Part shown: positions 9,361 to 18,631 of the stretch, in pieces | Position numbering within the stretch: the stretch's first letter is position 1 | Layout of the letters: each line of letters begins with the position of its first letter | NCBI GenBank assembly: GCA_002839435.1 | Contig: PGYA01000001.1 | Coordinates: forward strand, 74,538 to 138,537 | DNA length: 64,000 nt | Origin: Candidatus Riflebacteria bacterium HGW-Riflebacteria-2 | GTDB lineage: Bacteria > Muiribacteriota > Ozemobacteria > Ozemobacterales > Ozemobacteraceae | Direction of reading: 5' to 3' | Notes under the pieces: model-generated | The model's database searches: none | What the model was told of the DNA's origin: nothing | What the model saw: the letters and a program-made list of their open reading frames with translations, nothing else | Position numbers and translations under genes: made by a program

Positions 9361-10245
9361 ATGATAGAAGACACACTAAGCCGAAAATTGCCACCTGATC
9401 TCGACAAGTTGCAGATGCTCGGTCGACTGGTTTCAGGCATAACACATGAGATAAACACACCGATGCATTATCTCGAACATAACCTGACCTTTCTGAAAGT
9501 AGCGTTTAAAGATCTGATGCGACTACAGGAACACTGCTGTACGCTGCTTCAGAATATCCAGGCCGGAGAACAGCCGGACAATTCGGCATGGCAGGAGCTT
9601 GCAAAACTCAAAAGCGAAGTTGAGTTAGATTATCTGCAAACTGAGATTGGCAAAACACTTGAACAGTCGATTGAAGGCATCGACATGGTTTCCGGCATAG
9701 TGCTTGCGTTGAAGGACTTTTCGCACCAGTCACAGCGTGACTTTTCCATGACTGACATCAACAAGTGCATTGAGACGGCCTGCACAATTTCGCGACACGA
9801 ATGGAAAAAAGTCGCCGACCTGCAGCTTGAACTGGCAGGCGATCTGCCCTTTCTCTTCTGCTCACGCGACGAAATTCATCAGGTTCTGCTGAATCTCATC
9901 GTCAATTCAGCCCATGCCATCACCGAAAAGAAAGACACTGGCCGTTATGACAGGGGCACGATCACAGTTAAAACTAAATCACTTGGCGACCAGGTCGAGA
10001 TAAGAGTCGAAGACGATGGCGCCGGTATCACCGAAGAAAACCGCAACAAGATTTTCATGGCAGATTTTACGACTAAAAAAGCTGGAGCCGGCACCGGATT
10101 TGGGTTGAGTCTGGTTCGTCATATCGTCGAGATCAGACATCATGGCAACATCTGCTTTGAAAGTGTCCCTGGCAGTGGCACTGTTTTTACAGTTGTCCTG
10201 CCGCACCGCCAGCCTGACCAGAAAAGCTGTGAGGCAGAATCATGA
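9361..10245 (+). CDS. soluble sensor histidine kinase (HisKA + HATPase_c) with no TM or obvious sensor domain
   Basis: The H-box 'LGRLVSGITHEINTPM', the N/G1 box 'LIVNSAHAI' and the G2 box 'GAGTGFGLSLVRHIVE' are present. Confidence 0.8.
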   Translation: MIEDTLSRKLPPDLDKLQMLGRLVSGITHEINTPMHYLEHNLTFLKVAFKDLMRLQEHCCTLLQNIQAGEQPDNSAWQELAKLKSEVELDYLQTEIGKTLEQSIEGIDMVSGIVLALKDFSHQSQRDFSMTDINKCIETACTISRHEWKKVADLQLELAGDLPFLFCSRDEIHQVLLNLIVNSAHAITEKKDTGRYDRGTITVKTKSLGDQVEIRVEDDGAGITEENRNKIFMADFTTKKAGAGTGFGLSLVRHIVEIRHHGNICFESVPGSGTVFTVVLPHRQPDQKSCEAES

Positions 10246-11450
10246 TCCCCCACCGGCTCATTTTCGTAGACCCTGATCCTAATGCTCTCGATGCTTATAA
10301 ACGTCTGCTCAAGGCGTTACGTCCGACCTGGTCGGCCAGTTACGCCAGCAACGGCCGTGACGCTATTCAGACCATGCGCAAACTAAAACCTGATGCTATG
10401 ATCACTGAGCTCAACATGACAATAGAGAATGATTCCGATCTGCTCAAGGCTGTTCAGAAATTTTATCCCGACGTCATCAGAATTGTTCTTTCGAGCGAAT
10501 CTGACGCCCAGGCCGAGACTATTCTGCGCGCTACCCAGTCGGCACACCGCTTTCTGGCCAAGCCATGCAAGGGTGAAGTGCTGCTGGCAAATATCGAACA
10601 GGCGGCTGAGTTGCGCAAAATTCTCAACAGCCGCGAACTGCGCGAATTGATCAGTGGCATGCCCTATTTGCCAAGTCTGCCACAGCTTTATCACGAACTG
10701 ATCAGTGCCATGGAATCACCTCTAATTTCGGTTGCCGAACTTGGCGATATAATTGCCCGCGACGTATCGATGACGACAAGGGTTTTGCACCTGGTTAACT
10801 CGGCCTTTTTCGGATTGCCACGTCAGGTGTCAAACCCGCGCGAAGCAGTTGTAATGCTGGGAATGAACGTTCTAAAATCGCTGATTCTTTATGTAAAGCT
10901 GTTTTTTGCTGCACCAGACTCTAAATTTCCCGGTTTTTCGCTTGATGACATGTGGGAGCATAGTTCACTCACAGCCAGACTGAGCCGGGAAATAGCAAGA
11001 GATCTTGGCGGCAGCAGTCGGGTTCAGGAAGACGCTTTTCTGGCAGGCATGCTGCATGATGTTGGCAAGTTGCTGCTGCTTGAACAACCCAAATATATCA
11101 GCAGCATAAAGTGGCAGCAGTCACAGCAAGAAGATTTGTCTTTCGCCGAAGCCGAATATCTTGAATATTCGACTTCGCATGCCGAGGTCGGTGGTTATCT
11201 GCTCGGTCTGTGGGGTCTGCCTGATCCAGTTGTCGAAGCAGTCGCCTGTCATCATCGGCCAACGCAGATTTCTGGAGAAACCTCTCCGGTACTGGCAGCA
11301 ACTTATCTGGCAAACGCGCTTCTCTGCTGCAAGGCCGGCGATGAAATCAAGTTTGACGAAACCCTGCTGAATCAGGGTAAAATTAAAAGCATGTTACCCG
11401 CCTGGACAAACCAGGCGACCAGACTTCATGAAGAACTCAACCACAATTAA
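10242..11450 (+). CDS. response-regulator receiver (REC) domain fused to an HDOD output domain
   Basis: Its start overlaps the HK stop as ATGA. REC-like N-terminal sequences 'LIFVDPDPN...DAMITELNM...VIRIVLSSESD' are present. The HDOD motifs are 'MLHDVGKLLLLE' and 'HAEVGGYLLGLWGLPDPVVEAVACHH'. Confidence 0.75.
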   Translation: MIPHRLIFVDPDPNALDAYKRLLKALRPTWSASYASNGRDAIQTMRKLKPDAMITELNMTIENDSDLLKAVQKFYPDVIRIVLSSESDAQAETILRATQSAHRFLAKPCKGEVLLANIEQAAELRKILNSRELRELISGMPYLPSLPQLYHELISAMESPLISVAELGDIIARDVSMTTRVLHLVNSAFFGLPRQVSNPREAVVMLGMNVLKSLILYVKLFFAAPDSKFPGFSLDDMWEHSSLTARLSREIARDLGGSSRVQEDAFLAGMLHDVGKLLLLEQPKYISSIKWQQSQQEDLSFAEAEYLEYSTSHAEVGGYLLGLWGLPDPVVEAVACHHRPTQISGETSPVLAATYLANALLCCKAGDEIKFDETLLNQGKIKSMLPAWTNQATRLHEELNHN

Positions 11451-12591
11451 ACCTCGAATACTGCTGGTCGATGATGAGCCCAACATCCTGGCCTCTTATG
11501 GCCGTGGCCTGCGCCGCAACTGGGATCTCATCACAGCGGTCAGCGGCGAAGAAGGCTTACATGAGATTCGCGAAAACGGGCCCTTTACCATAATAGTGGC
11601 TGACTTTAACATGCCGCGTATGGATGGCATTACCTTTCTTGCCAATTCGATCAATCTCGCCCCGGAAAGCATACGCATGATGCTGACAGGCGAAGGTGAT
11701 TTTCAGATTGCTACCAAGGCGGTAAACGAGGGCAACATCTTCAGATTCATGACCAAGCCCTGCTCGCTCGAGAATCTCGAAAGATCGCTGGCGGCCGGTT
11801 ATCGCCAATACCAGCTGCAGCAGATCGAAAAAGAAGCACGGCAACAGGAGATTCAGATTGCAGGAGAAATTCAGCAGACTCTACTTTTTGAAGAAATTCC
11901 GAGCGAAATGCAGGACGCCCAACTGGCATCGATAAGCATTCCATCCCAGAGTGTCGATGGAGATTTCATAGATTTTTTCAAGTTTGCACCGACAAAATTT
12001 GACATTGTTATCGGCGATGTGATGGGCAAAGGAGTGCATGCGGCCCTGGTCGGAGCTGGAGCCCGCAATCACCTCAGTCGAGTTATCTGGAACCTGTCGC
12101 GGCGCCAGAGTGAAGACCCGACACCCGCAGCAATCATGCAGGCGCTTGACAACAATATGCAGGAACAGCTTGGGCAGCTGGGCAAGTTCATCACCATGGT
12201 ATATGCCCGTTTCGACCTGGAGCAATACACACTCAACTATGTCGATGCCGGCCATGTGCCAACTTTATGGTATTCAAAAGCCAACAACGAATGGAAACCG
12301 CTTAAGGGCCGCAATTTTCCGATTGGAATTCCGATGGCCCGCGCAGCAGAGCAATTTGAGATAAAATTCGGCTACGGCGACCTTTTCCTGTTTTATTCTG
12401 ACGGGCTTTCAGAAGGCCGTGACAAACATGGCTGGCAATATGGCGACAAGCGATTTATGCACGCCTTGCGTGAACTGCCAAAAAATTCAGCGCAAACTTT
12501 CCTGCGCCTGCTCGTAAATGATTTTAAGTCCTTTATCGGCCATAGCAACTACGCCGACGACCTGACCATAGTCGTCGTGCTTATCGCTTGA
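11428..12591 (+). CDS. response regulator with a REC domain and a PP2C-type (SpoIIE/RsbU-like) Ser/Thr phosphatase domain
   Basis: REC sequences 'ILLVDDEPNIL...IIVADFNMPRMDGITFL' are present. The PP2C metal-binding motifs 'IGDVMGKGVHAAL' and 'FLFYSDGLSEGRD' are present. It overlaps the upstream gene by 23 nt. Confidence 0.8.
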   Translation: MKNSTTIKPRILLVDDEPNILASYGRGLRRNWDLITAVSGEEGLHEIRENGPFTIIVADFNMPRMDGITFLANSINLAPESIRMMLTGEGDFQIATKAVNEGNIFRFMTKPCSLENLERSLAAGYRQYQLQQIEKEARQQEIQIAGEIQQTLLFEEIPSEMQDAQLASISIPSQSVDGDFIDFFKFAPTKFDIVIGDVMGKGVHAALVGAGARNHLSRVIWNLSRRQSEDPTPAAIMQALDNNMQEQLGQLGKFITMVYARFDLEQYTLNYVDAGHVPTLWYSKANNEWKPLKGRNFPIGIPMARAAEQFEIKFGYGDLFLFYSDGLSEGRDKHGWQYGDKRFMHALRELPKNSAQTFLRLLVNDFKSFIGHSNYADDLTIVVVLIA

Positions 12592-12709
12592 GCTGCCGTA
12601 GCCCTGATGCGATTTACAGTTGTTGTTAACAATAGCAGCAATTTAGCCGACCCCTGTCAAGTTATGACGATTCAGTCATTTAATGTTGTATATATTTTCA
12701 GGAGTAATT

Positions 12710-13000
12710 ATGTTTCACCAGCCAGCAGATCAAGGCGGAAAAGACCCGGCCGCCACTTATAAGACGGCCCTTGGCGTCAGAATGTTCATCGGCTATGCCA
12801 TTGTCTATGCAGGCTTCATCGGCATTAACCTGATAAGTCCTCTTTCGATGGAGCTCGAAGTATTCATGGGCCTTAACCTCGCGGTAACCTATGGTTTTGG
12901 TCTTATTGTGTCAGCTCTGATTCTTGCGGTCATTTACAACCAGCTCTGCAATAATAAAGAAGCAGAGCTTGCAACATCTTCAGAAGAAAAGGCGGAATGA
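12710..13000 (+). CDS. yjcH: DUF485 (YjcH-like) small membrane protein, the partner of acetate permease
   Basis: A 'caggagtaattATG' RBS is present. There are two TM helices, and it sits immediately upstream of actP as in the E. coli yjcH-actP arrangement. Confidence 0.7.
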   Translation: MFHQPADQGGKDPAATYKTALGVRMFIGYAIVYAGFIGINLISPLSMELEVFMGLNLAVTYGFGLIVSALILAVIYNQLCNNKEAELATSSEEKAE

Positions 13001-13004
13001 CAAA

Positions 13005-14933
13005 ATGGAAGTAATGCCTGTAGTATTGTTCGCCACTTTTGTCGGCCTTGTTCTCGGTCTGTCATTCTATTTCGCCAGTCAGGCCAAGTCTGCTGCCGGA
13101 TATTATGCCGCCGGTGGTACAATTCACTGGTTCGTCAACGGCATAGCATTTGCCGGCGACTATCTCTCAGCCGCCTCTTTTCTAGGCATCTGCGGCATGA
13201 TAGCCACCTGTGGCTACGATGGCTTTCTCTACTCGATCGGTTATCTAGCCGGCTGGATCGTAGCCCTGTTCGTGGTAGCCGAACCAATGAAACGCCTTGG
13301 TAAATATACCTTTACCGATGCGCTTGACGCCAAGTTCAATTCAAAGGGAATCCAGCTCGCGGCAGCCATCAGCACAATCATCGTCTCGCTATTCTACCTG
13401 ATTCCGCAGATGGTAGGGGCCGGCGTGCTGATCACCCCGTTGCTCGGCTTTCCACATTATGTTGGCGTCATTCTTGTCGGCATCGTGGTCATAACCATTG
13501 TCGCCTCGGCTGGTATGACCTCGACCACCTACGTGCAGTTCCTCAAGGGCGGACTGCTCATAATATTTTCGACAATGCTGGTCGTATCTACCCTTGGCCG
13601 CGGCTTTTCGACGACACCTGACCAGGACGGGAAAGTGCCGTTTTACAAGTATTCCACTCTGGAAGCCAGCGAAGCAGATGGTGTTTTAAAGCCACTTGAC
13701 AGCACATGGCAATTTTCGGGCATGCGCGAAGAGTCTGGCATGTCTTTGGTCAAACTGGTAAAAGATGGAAAAGCTGGCTGGTGGCACAAAGAAGTCGACA
13801 GCAAAAGCGGTAAGATTCTTCTGCATGAAACCCAGTCGATTGTTCAAAAATCTGATGGCAGCCAACTGATCAACGGCAGTCCGGCTTCGCCTGAAAACCA
13901 CCTGCGTCAGGTCGGCAACCTTGAAACAATAAAGGGTAAAAGTGGCGCCGAGGCCTCTACCGGTTCAGTTGGCCCGGCTGAGTTTCTGGCCGACATCGGG
14001 CACCGCGACACCGTTGTTAAACGTTGGAAAGCGATCAAATTCGCCGAGGACGACAACAAGGTGACTGTATTTGCCGCCAGTCTGATACCCGGCAACCGCA
14101 TACTGCGCCCGGGCCTGAAATTTAAGGTCGAAGGCACCTGGCTGCAGAAACTCGACTTCGTTTCACTCATGCTTGCCCTCTTTCTTGGCACCGCTTCGTT
14201 GCCACACATCCTGATTCGTTATTACACAGTTCCGAGCCCGGCAGCAGCGCGCAAGTCTACAATAGTCGCCATCGCCGCCATCGGCGCCTTCTACATACTC
14301 ACGCTGTATATGGGGCTTGGCGCCATGACCAACGGCACCATCAACCTTCTCGACGACAACATGTCGGCGCCGCTGCTGGCACGTTCATTCGGCACTTTCC
14401 TGTTCTCGGCGATTTCGGCAATCGCATTTGCCACAGTCCTCGGAACGGTAAGCGGCCTGATCGTCGCAGCTTCGGGGGCGGTAGCACACGACCTGATGGA
14501 TCGCTATCTCGGCCTTAACCTCACTGAAAACCGCAAAGTCAGAGCCGGCAAAATTTCGGCAGTCATCATCGGCCTTGTCAGTATCATACTTGGAATACTC
14601 TTTGAAGGCACCAACGTGTCGTTCCTTGTTGGCTGGGCATTTTCTGTAGCTGCCTCGGCCAACCTGCCGTCAATTATCATGCTCCTGTTCTGGAAACGCA
14701 CCACTGCCAGCGGCATCATCGCTTCGATAATCGTCGGCATCGTTTCTGCCATGGGTATGATCCTGCTCTCACCCAGCATGTTCAGAATATACGGCCTCGA
14801 CCCGGCCAACGCGCCCTTTCCGATGGACAACCCCGGCATATTTTCGATTCCACTCAGCTTTGCCGCTCTCATAATTGTGTCGCTGATGACACAACCCGGC
14901 CAGGAACAAATGCCAGAAGCTCAGACAGCCTGA
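13005..14933 (+). CDS. actP: cation/acetate symporter ActP (SSS family) carrying a ~180-aa hydrophilic insertion
   Basis: SSS-family helices 'AGGTIHWFVNGIAFAGDYLSAASFLGICG' are present and it follows the yjcH gene. The ATG lies 4 nt after the yjcH stop. The product is 643 aa versus about 550 aa for typical ActP. Confidence 0.8.
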   Translation: MEVMPVVLFATFVGLVLGLSFYFASQAKSAAGYYAAGGTIHWFVNGIAFAGDYLSAASFLGICGMIATCGYDGFLYSIGYLAGWIVALFVVAEPMKRLGKYTFTDALDAKFNSKGIQLAAAISTIIVSLFYLIPQMVGAGVLITPLLGFPHYVGVILVGIVVITIVASAGMTSTTYVQFLKGGLLIIFSTMLVVSTLGRGFSTTPDQDGKVPFYKYSTLEASEADGVLKPLDSTWQFSGMREESGMSLVKLVKDGKAGWWHKEVDSKSGKILLHETQSIVQKSDGSQLINGSPASPENHLRQVGNLETIKGKSGAEASTGSVGPAEFLADIGHRDTVVKRWKAIKFAEDDNKVTVFAASLIPGNRILRPGLKFKVEGTWLQKLDFVSLMLALFLGTASLPHILIRYYTVPSPAAARKSTIVAIAAIGAFYILTLYMGLGAMTNGTINLLDDNMSAPLLARSFGTFLFSAISAIAFATVLGTVSGLIVAASGAVAHDLMDRYLGLNLTENRKVRAGKISAVIIGLVSIILGILFEGTNVSFLVGWAFSVAASANLPSIIMLLFWKRTTASGIIASIIVGIVSAMGMILLSPSMFRIYGLDPANAPFPMDNPGIFSIPLSFAALIIVSLMTQPGQEQMPEAQTA

Positions 14934-14949
14934 TCTGCAACGTTCAAAA

Positions 14950-14992
14950 AAGTCCGTCGGGCAGAGCTATGCCCGGCGGCATTTTTTTGTTA
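14950..14992 (+). terminator. rho-independent terminator after actP
   Basis: A 'gtcgggcagagctatgcccggcggcattttttt' hairpin is followed by a T-run. Confidence 0.6.
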
Positions 14993-15020
14993 TGCTGAAC
15001 GAAGTATTGCGAGGATTTGC

Positions 15021-17564
15021 ATGAAGTATTTTCTGGTTCGCAGTGTAATTCCAACTCTGCTGACTATTGCGCTTTTTATCATGGCTATTTTCGGTTTCAT
15101 GCTTCCGGCGCTCGAAAAGAGCATCATGGATCAGAAAAAGGAAATGATAAAGGAACTCACCGCTGCGGCGTGGAACATTCTCGCGCGCTTCGAGTATGAC
15201 GAACGCATTGGCGTAATGACGCGTGAGCAGGCACAGAAGCTCGCGGTAGAAGCGGTACAAAACCTGCACTACGGGCAGGGCATGAAAGACTACTTCTGGA
15301 TCAACGACATGCATCCGCGCATGATCATTCACCCTTACCGCACCGACCTCAACGGCAAAGATCTCAGCGACGTCACCGATCCTTCCGGTAACCGGCTGTT
15401 CGTCAAATTCGTCGAGATCGTAAAAACGCAGAACGCCGGCTACGTTCAGTATCTCTGGCAGTGGAAAGACGATTCGAGCCGAATTTCGCCAAAGCTTTCC
15501 TATGTTAAAGGATTCGAGCCATGGGGCTGGATCGTCGGCACCGGCGTCTATCTCAACGATGTGCGCCAGGAAATCGCATCGATCAGAAACAACCTGATTT
15601 TCTTCTCAATTGCGATACTGCTGATTACCACCGGTCTTCTCGCCTTTCTGCTGGCCGGCAGTTATCTGTCGGAAAGGCGCCGCCGTCTCGCAGAACTGAG
15701 TCTGCGCGAAAGCGAAGAAAAATACCGCATGCTCGTCGAGTCCGCCGGCGAATACATGATCATGTCGCTGTGCGGCCAGGATCTGTTCGCCAACAACAGC
15801 ATGCTCAAGCTGCTGGGTTACTCGGCCGAAGAGTTCATGCAAAAGAACATTCTTGAAATAGTCGAAATGTCTGCCGCCGAAAAGGAGCTCGGATACCCGT
15901 ATTCAGTAGCACTGGTGCGGGGCGAAGAATATCCGCATCAATACGAGACCTATCTGATCAGAAAGAACGGCGAGCGTTATCGGGTTATGATGCTTCTTTC
16001 GAGTATTCCACAGGGCAACAAATCGGGTTTTCTCATGATCGCCTCAGAAGTAACCGTCCAGCAGGAAAGAGTTATCCGCCAGGACAAGCTGCTCGAAGAA
16101 CTTCAGCGCAGCTTTCTCTATTTTCACCAGCGCATCGCCGACCTAGCAAGTCTGCCGGCAATTATCTGTACGCAAGCAGAAACTCTGCATTCAGTCGCCC
16201 GGCATTTTCAGCCAGACGGCATCGATGCAGTTCTGGTCGCAGATGGCAGCGGAATAAGAGGAGTGTTGTCGTTGCAGACATATATTCAGCTGCTGCTGTC
16301 TGGCAGTTACGACCTCAAAGCAACCTCACTGATCGATATAAAGCTCGAAAATCCGGTGTATGTCGATGAATCGGCACTCCTCTTCGATGTTTATCTCAAA
16401 ATCGAAAAGAGCGATTTCAACCATGTTTTCGTGGTTAATGGCAAGGGTGAGCCGGTTGGTCTGGTTAACAACCACAGTTTCATCTTTCTGCAAAATTACT
16501 CGCCAACCATTCTTTTGCGGGAAATCCAGGTTATCGACAACGAAGAAAAGCTGACCCTGGCCAACCGGCTTTTGCCGGAGCTTTCAAGAATCTTCATCAA
16601 AAATCAAATCGGCGTTGGGCACCTGAACCGTCTGATCACCGATGTTGCCGATCTGATTCTGGAAAAGGCCATCGAACTTTCGGTAAAAAAGCTGGGCCCG
16701 GCGCCGGTCGATTATTGTTTCATGGTGCTTGGCAGTCAGGGAAGACGTGAGCAGACTTTGTGCACTGACCAGGACAACGCTATAATATTTGCCGATGTTG
16801 CCGAAACAGAAGAAGAAAGAATACAGGCGTATTTCCTCAATCTCGGAAACAGCGTCTGCACCATGCTTGACCGCTCGGGCTACAAATACTGCGACGGCGA
16901 TATCATGGCAAAAAATCCAGCATGGTGCCAATCTCTGGCGAAATGGAAAGCAAATTTTTCGGCCTGGATCAACACACTCGAAGCTAAAGACCTGTTGCAG
17001 ACCAAGATATTTTTCGACTTCAGGGCAATTGCCGAACCCGGCAACCGTTCGACCTATCTTGTCGATCACCTGCAAAAGCACCTGGAAAGCGAACTGGCAA
17101 ACAGCCCGCGCTTCTATTTCCTGCTTGCCATAAATATACTGCAATTCGACCCGCCGCTCGGCTTTTTTGGCGACTTTATTGTAGAAACTCGCGGACAGCA
17201 CGCCGACGTTCTTGACATCAAAAACGTGCTGAGCATGGTAGTCGATTTTGCCCGCATCTACGCTCTGAAACACGGTATTCGCGCACGCAACACCCACGAA
17301 CGCTTACTTGCGCTCAATGAACTGGGCATTCTCACAACCCAGAGCTATGACGATCTTGAGCGCGCACTCAACTACCTGATGACGATCAGGCTCGAAAATC
17401 AGGTCGAAGAAACAGACCAGGGGCTCAAGCCAGACAACCTGATCAAGCCAGAAAGTCTCACTACGATCAATCAGAAGATCCTCAAGGAGATTTTCGCGCA
17501 GATCAAGAATTTTCAGGTTCGACTCAGCTATGATTTTACCGGCACAACGGGGGTTAAAGCCTGA
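15021..17564 (+). CDS. membrane sensor with TM-Cache-TM-PAS-CBS pair-DUF294 nucleotidyltransferase-DUF294_C domains
   Basis: Two TM segments flank a Cache-like periplasmic domain ('YFWINDMHPRMIIHPY...WGWIVGTGVYL'). A CBS pair is present. The GlnD-like NTase motif 'FMVLGSQGRREQTLCTDQDNAIIF' is present. Confidence 0.7.
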   Translation: MKYFLVRSVIPTLLTIALFIMAIFGFMLPALEKSIMDQKKEMIKELTAAAWNILARFEYDERIGVMTREQAQKLAVEAVQNLHYGQGMKDYFWINDMHPRMIIHPYRTDLNGKDLSDVTDPSGNRLFVKFVEIVKTQNAGYVQYLWQWKDDSSRISPKLSYVKGFEPWGWIVGTGVYLNDVRQEIASIRNNLIFFSIAILLITTGLLAFLLAGSYLSERRRRLAELSLRESEEKYRMLVESAGEYMIMSLCGQDLFANNSMLKLLGYSAEEFMQKNILEIVEMSAAEKELGYPYSVALVRGEEYPHQYETYLIRKNGERYRVMMLLSSIPQGNKSGFLMIASEVTVQQERVIRQDKLLEELQRSFLYFHQRIADLASLPAIICTQAETLHSVARHFQPDGIDAVLVADGSGIRGVLSLQTYIQLLLSGSYDLKATSLIDIKLENPVYVDESALLFDVYLKIEKSDFNHVFVVNGKGEPVGLVNNHSFIFLQNYSPTILLREIQVIDNEEKLTLANRLLPELSRIFIKNQIGVGHLNRLITDVADLILEKAIELSVKKLGPAPVDYCFMVLGSQGRREQTLCTDQDNAIIFADVAETEEERIQAYFLNLGNSVCTMLDRSGYKYCDGDIMAKNPAWCQSLAKWKANFSAWINTLEAKDLLQTKIFFDFRAIAEPGNRSTYLVDHLQKHLESELANSPRFYFLLAINILQFDPPLGFFGDFIVETRGQHADVLDIKNVLSMVVDFARIYALKHGIRARNTHERLLALNELGILTTQSYDDLERALNYLMTIRLENQVEETDQGLKPDNLIKPESLTTINQKILKEIFAQIKNFQVRLSYDFTGTTGVKA

Positions 17565-18289
17565 TGATTCTTATTTCCGGCGACGTACACAGTCAGTATC
17601 ATGTAATCAACGAACAGATACGCCATGCCGAAAAGTTTACCGGCCGCACACTCGACGCCGTCATTATACTTGGCGACTTCGGAATTTATGAACAACCGCT
17701 GCACAGGTATTTCGACAAAGAAGGCGGCCATTTTCTGCGCAAGCTGTACTTTATCGACGGCAACCACGAAGAATTCTGCCAGTTCGATCATCTCGTCGAA
17801 AAATACAGCCATCATCTCAACCATCTCTCGCGCGGCAAGGTGACGCAGATATGCAATGGACGTTTTTTGTCGCTCGGCGGCGCGCGCTATATGGATGCGC
17901 TGAACTCGCCTTCGGGCTCAGAGATAAGAGATTGCGACATAGCACGCTGTCTCGCCCACCGGGCCGATGAAGTCGATTTTGTGCTCACGCATGACTGCCC
18001 GGCCGGCATTGGCGTGCCAAACGCACCCGGCATGGAATTTTACGGCAACCCTGGCTTCGAGCGTGGCGAAGAGCTGATTGAACATTTCAAGCCGAAAAAA
18101 TGGTTTTTTGCGCATTACCATCGCTGGTTCAGCGGCAAAATCGGCGAATCCGAATTTTTCGGACTGCCCGAAAGCTGGAAAGGCTTTGGCCTGCTAGATG
18201 AGCAGGGTAATTATCAGGCTGTCGAACATGCCGTCGAAAAGCGCGAAGACTGGCTGCAACGCTTCATCAAAAAGCTGTTCAGCCTGTAA
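17564..18289 (+). CDS. calcineurin-like metallophosphoesterase
   Basis: Its start overlaps the upstream stop ('ctgATGa'). The motifs 'ILISGDVHSQY', 'IILGDFG', 'FIDGNHE' and 'THDCPAG' are present. Confidence 0.75.
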   Translation: MILISGDVHSQYHVINEQIRHAEKFTGRTLDAVIILGDFGIYEQPLHRYFDKEGGHFLRKLYFIDGNHEEFCQFDHLVEKYSHHLNHLSRGKVTQICNGRFLSLGGARYMDALNSPSGSEIRDCDIARCLAHRADEVDFVLTHDCPAGIGVPNAPGMEFYGNPGFERGEELIEHFKPKKWFFAHYHRWFSGKIGESEFFGLPESWKGFGLLDEQGNYQAVEHAVEKREDWLQRFIKKLFSL

Positions 18290-18339
18290 CGCCACAACAG
18301 ATGTTCAGCAACAACCAGCCCTGCTGATATAAAAACCGG

Positions 18340-18549
18340 TCAATCAGTGCCGATCATCACGCTCGAAGCTTTGACTACGGCATAGACTTCCTTGCCGACC
18401 TTGACACCAAGGTTCTCGCAGGATTTTTTGGTAATGATCGAAGTGATTTCTTTACCCGGCGCAATCTCAACGACTATCTCAGCGTTCACCGCACCGAGTT
18501 CAACTGATTTAACAACACCCTTCAAAGCATTTCTTGCACTGATTTTCAT
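18340..18549 (-). CDS. mop: molbindin (TOBE-domain molybdate/tungstate-binding protein Mop)
   Basis: The 69-aa product 'MKISARNALKGVVKSVE...VKASSVMI' is a canonical TOBE domain. Confidence 0.85.
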   Translation of the reverse strand: MKISARNALKGVVKSVELGAVNAEIVVEIAPGKEITSIITKKSCENLGVKVGKEVYAVVKASSVMIGTD

Positions 18550-18631
18550 CGCAAATTCTCCTCCTGGTTAAATTCAAAAACTGTCAGTTCAATGTAAGGC
18601 AAACTAAGACCCAATGCAAATACTGTTCTGG

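Noticed and set aside
16584-17297. 237-aa minus-strand ORF inside the DUF294 sensor gene
   Set aside because: It is antisense to a region with clear NTase motifs and has no independent support.
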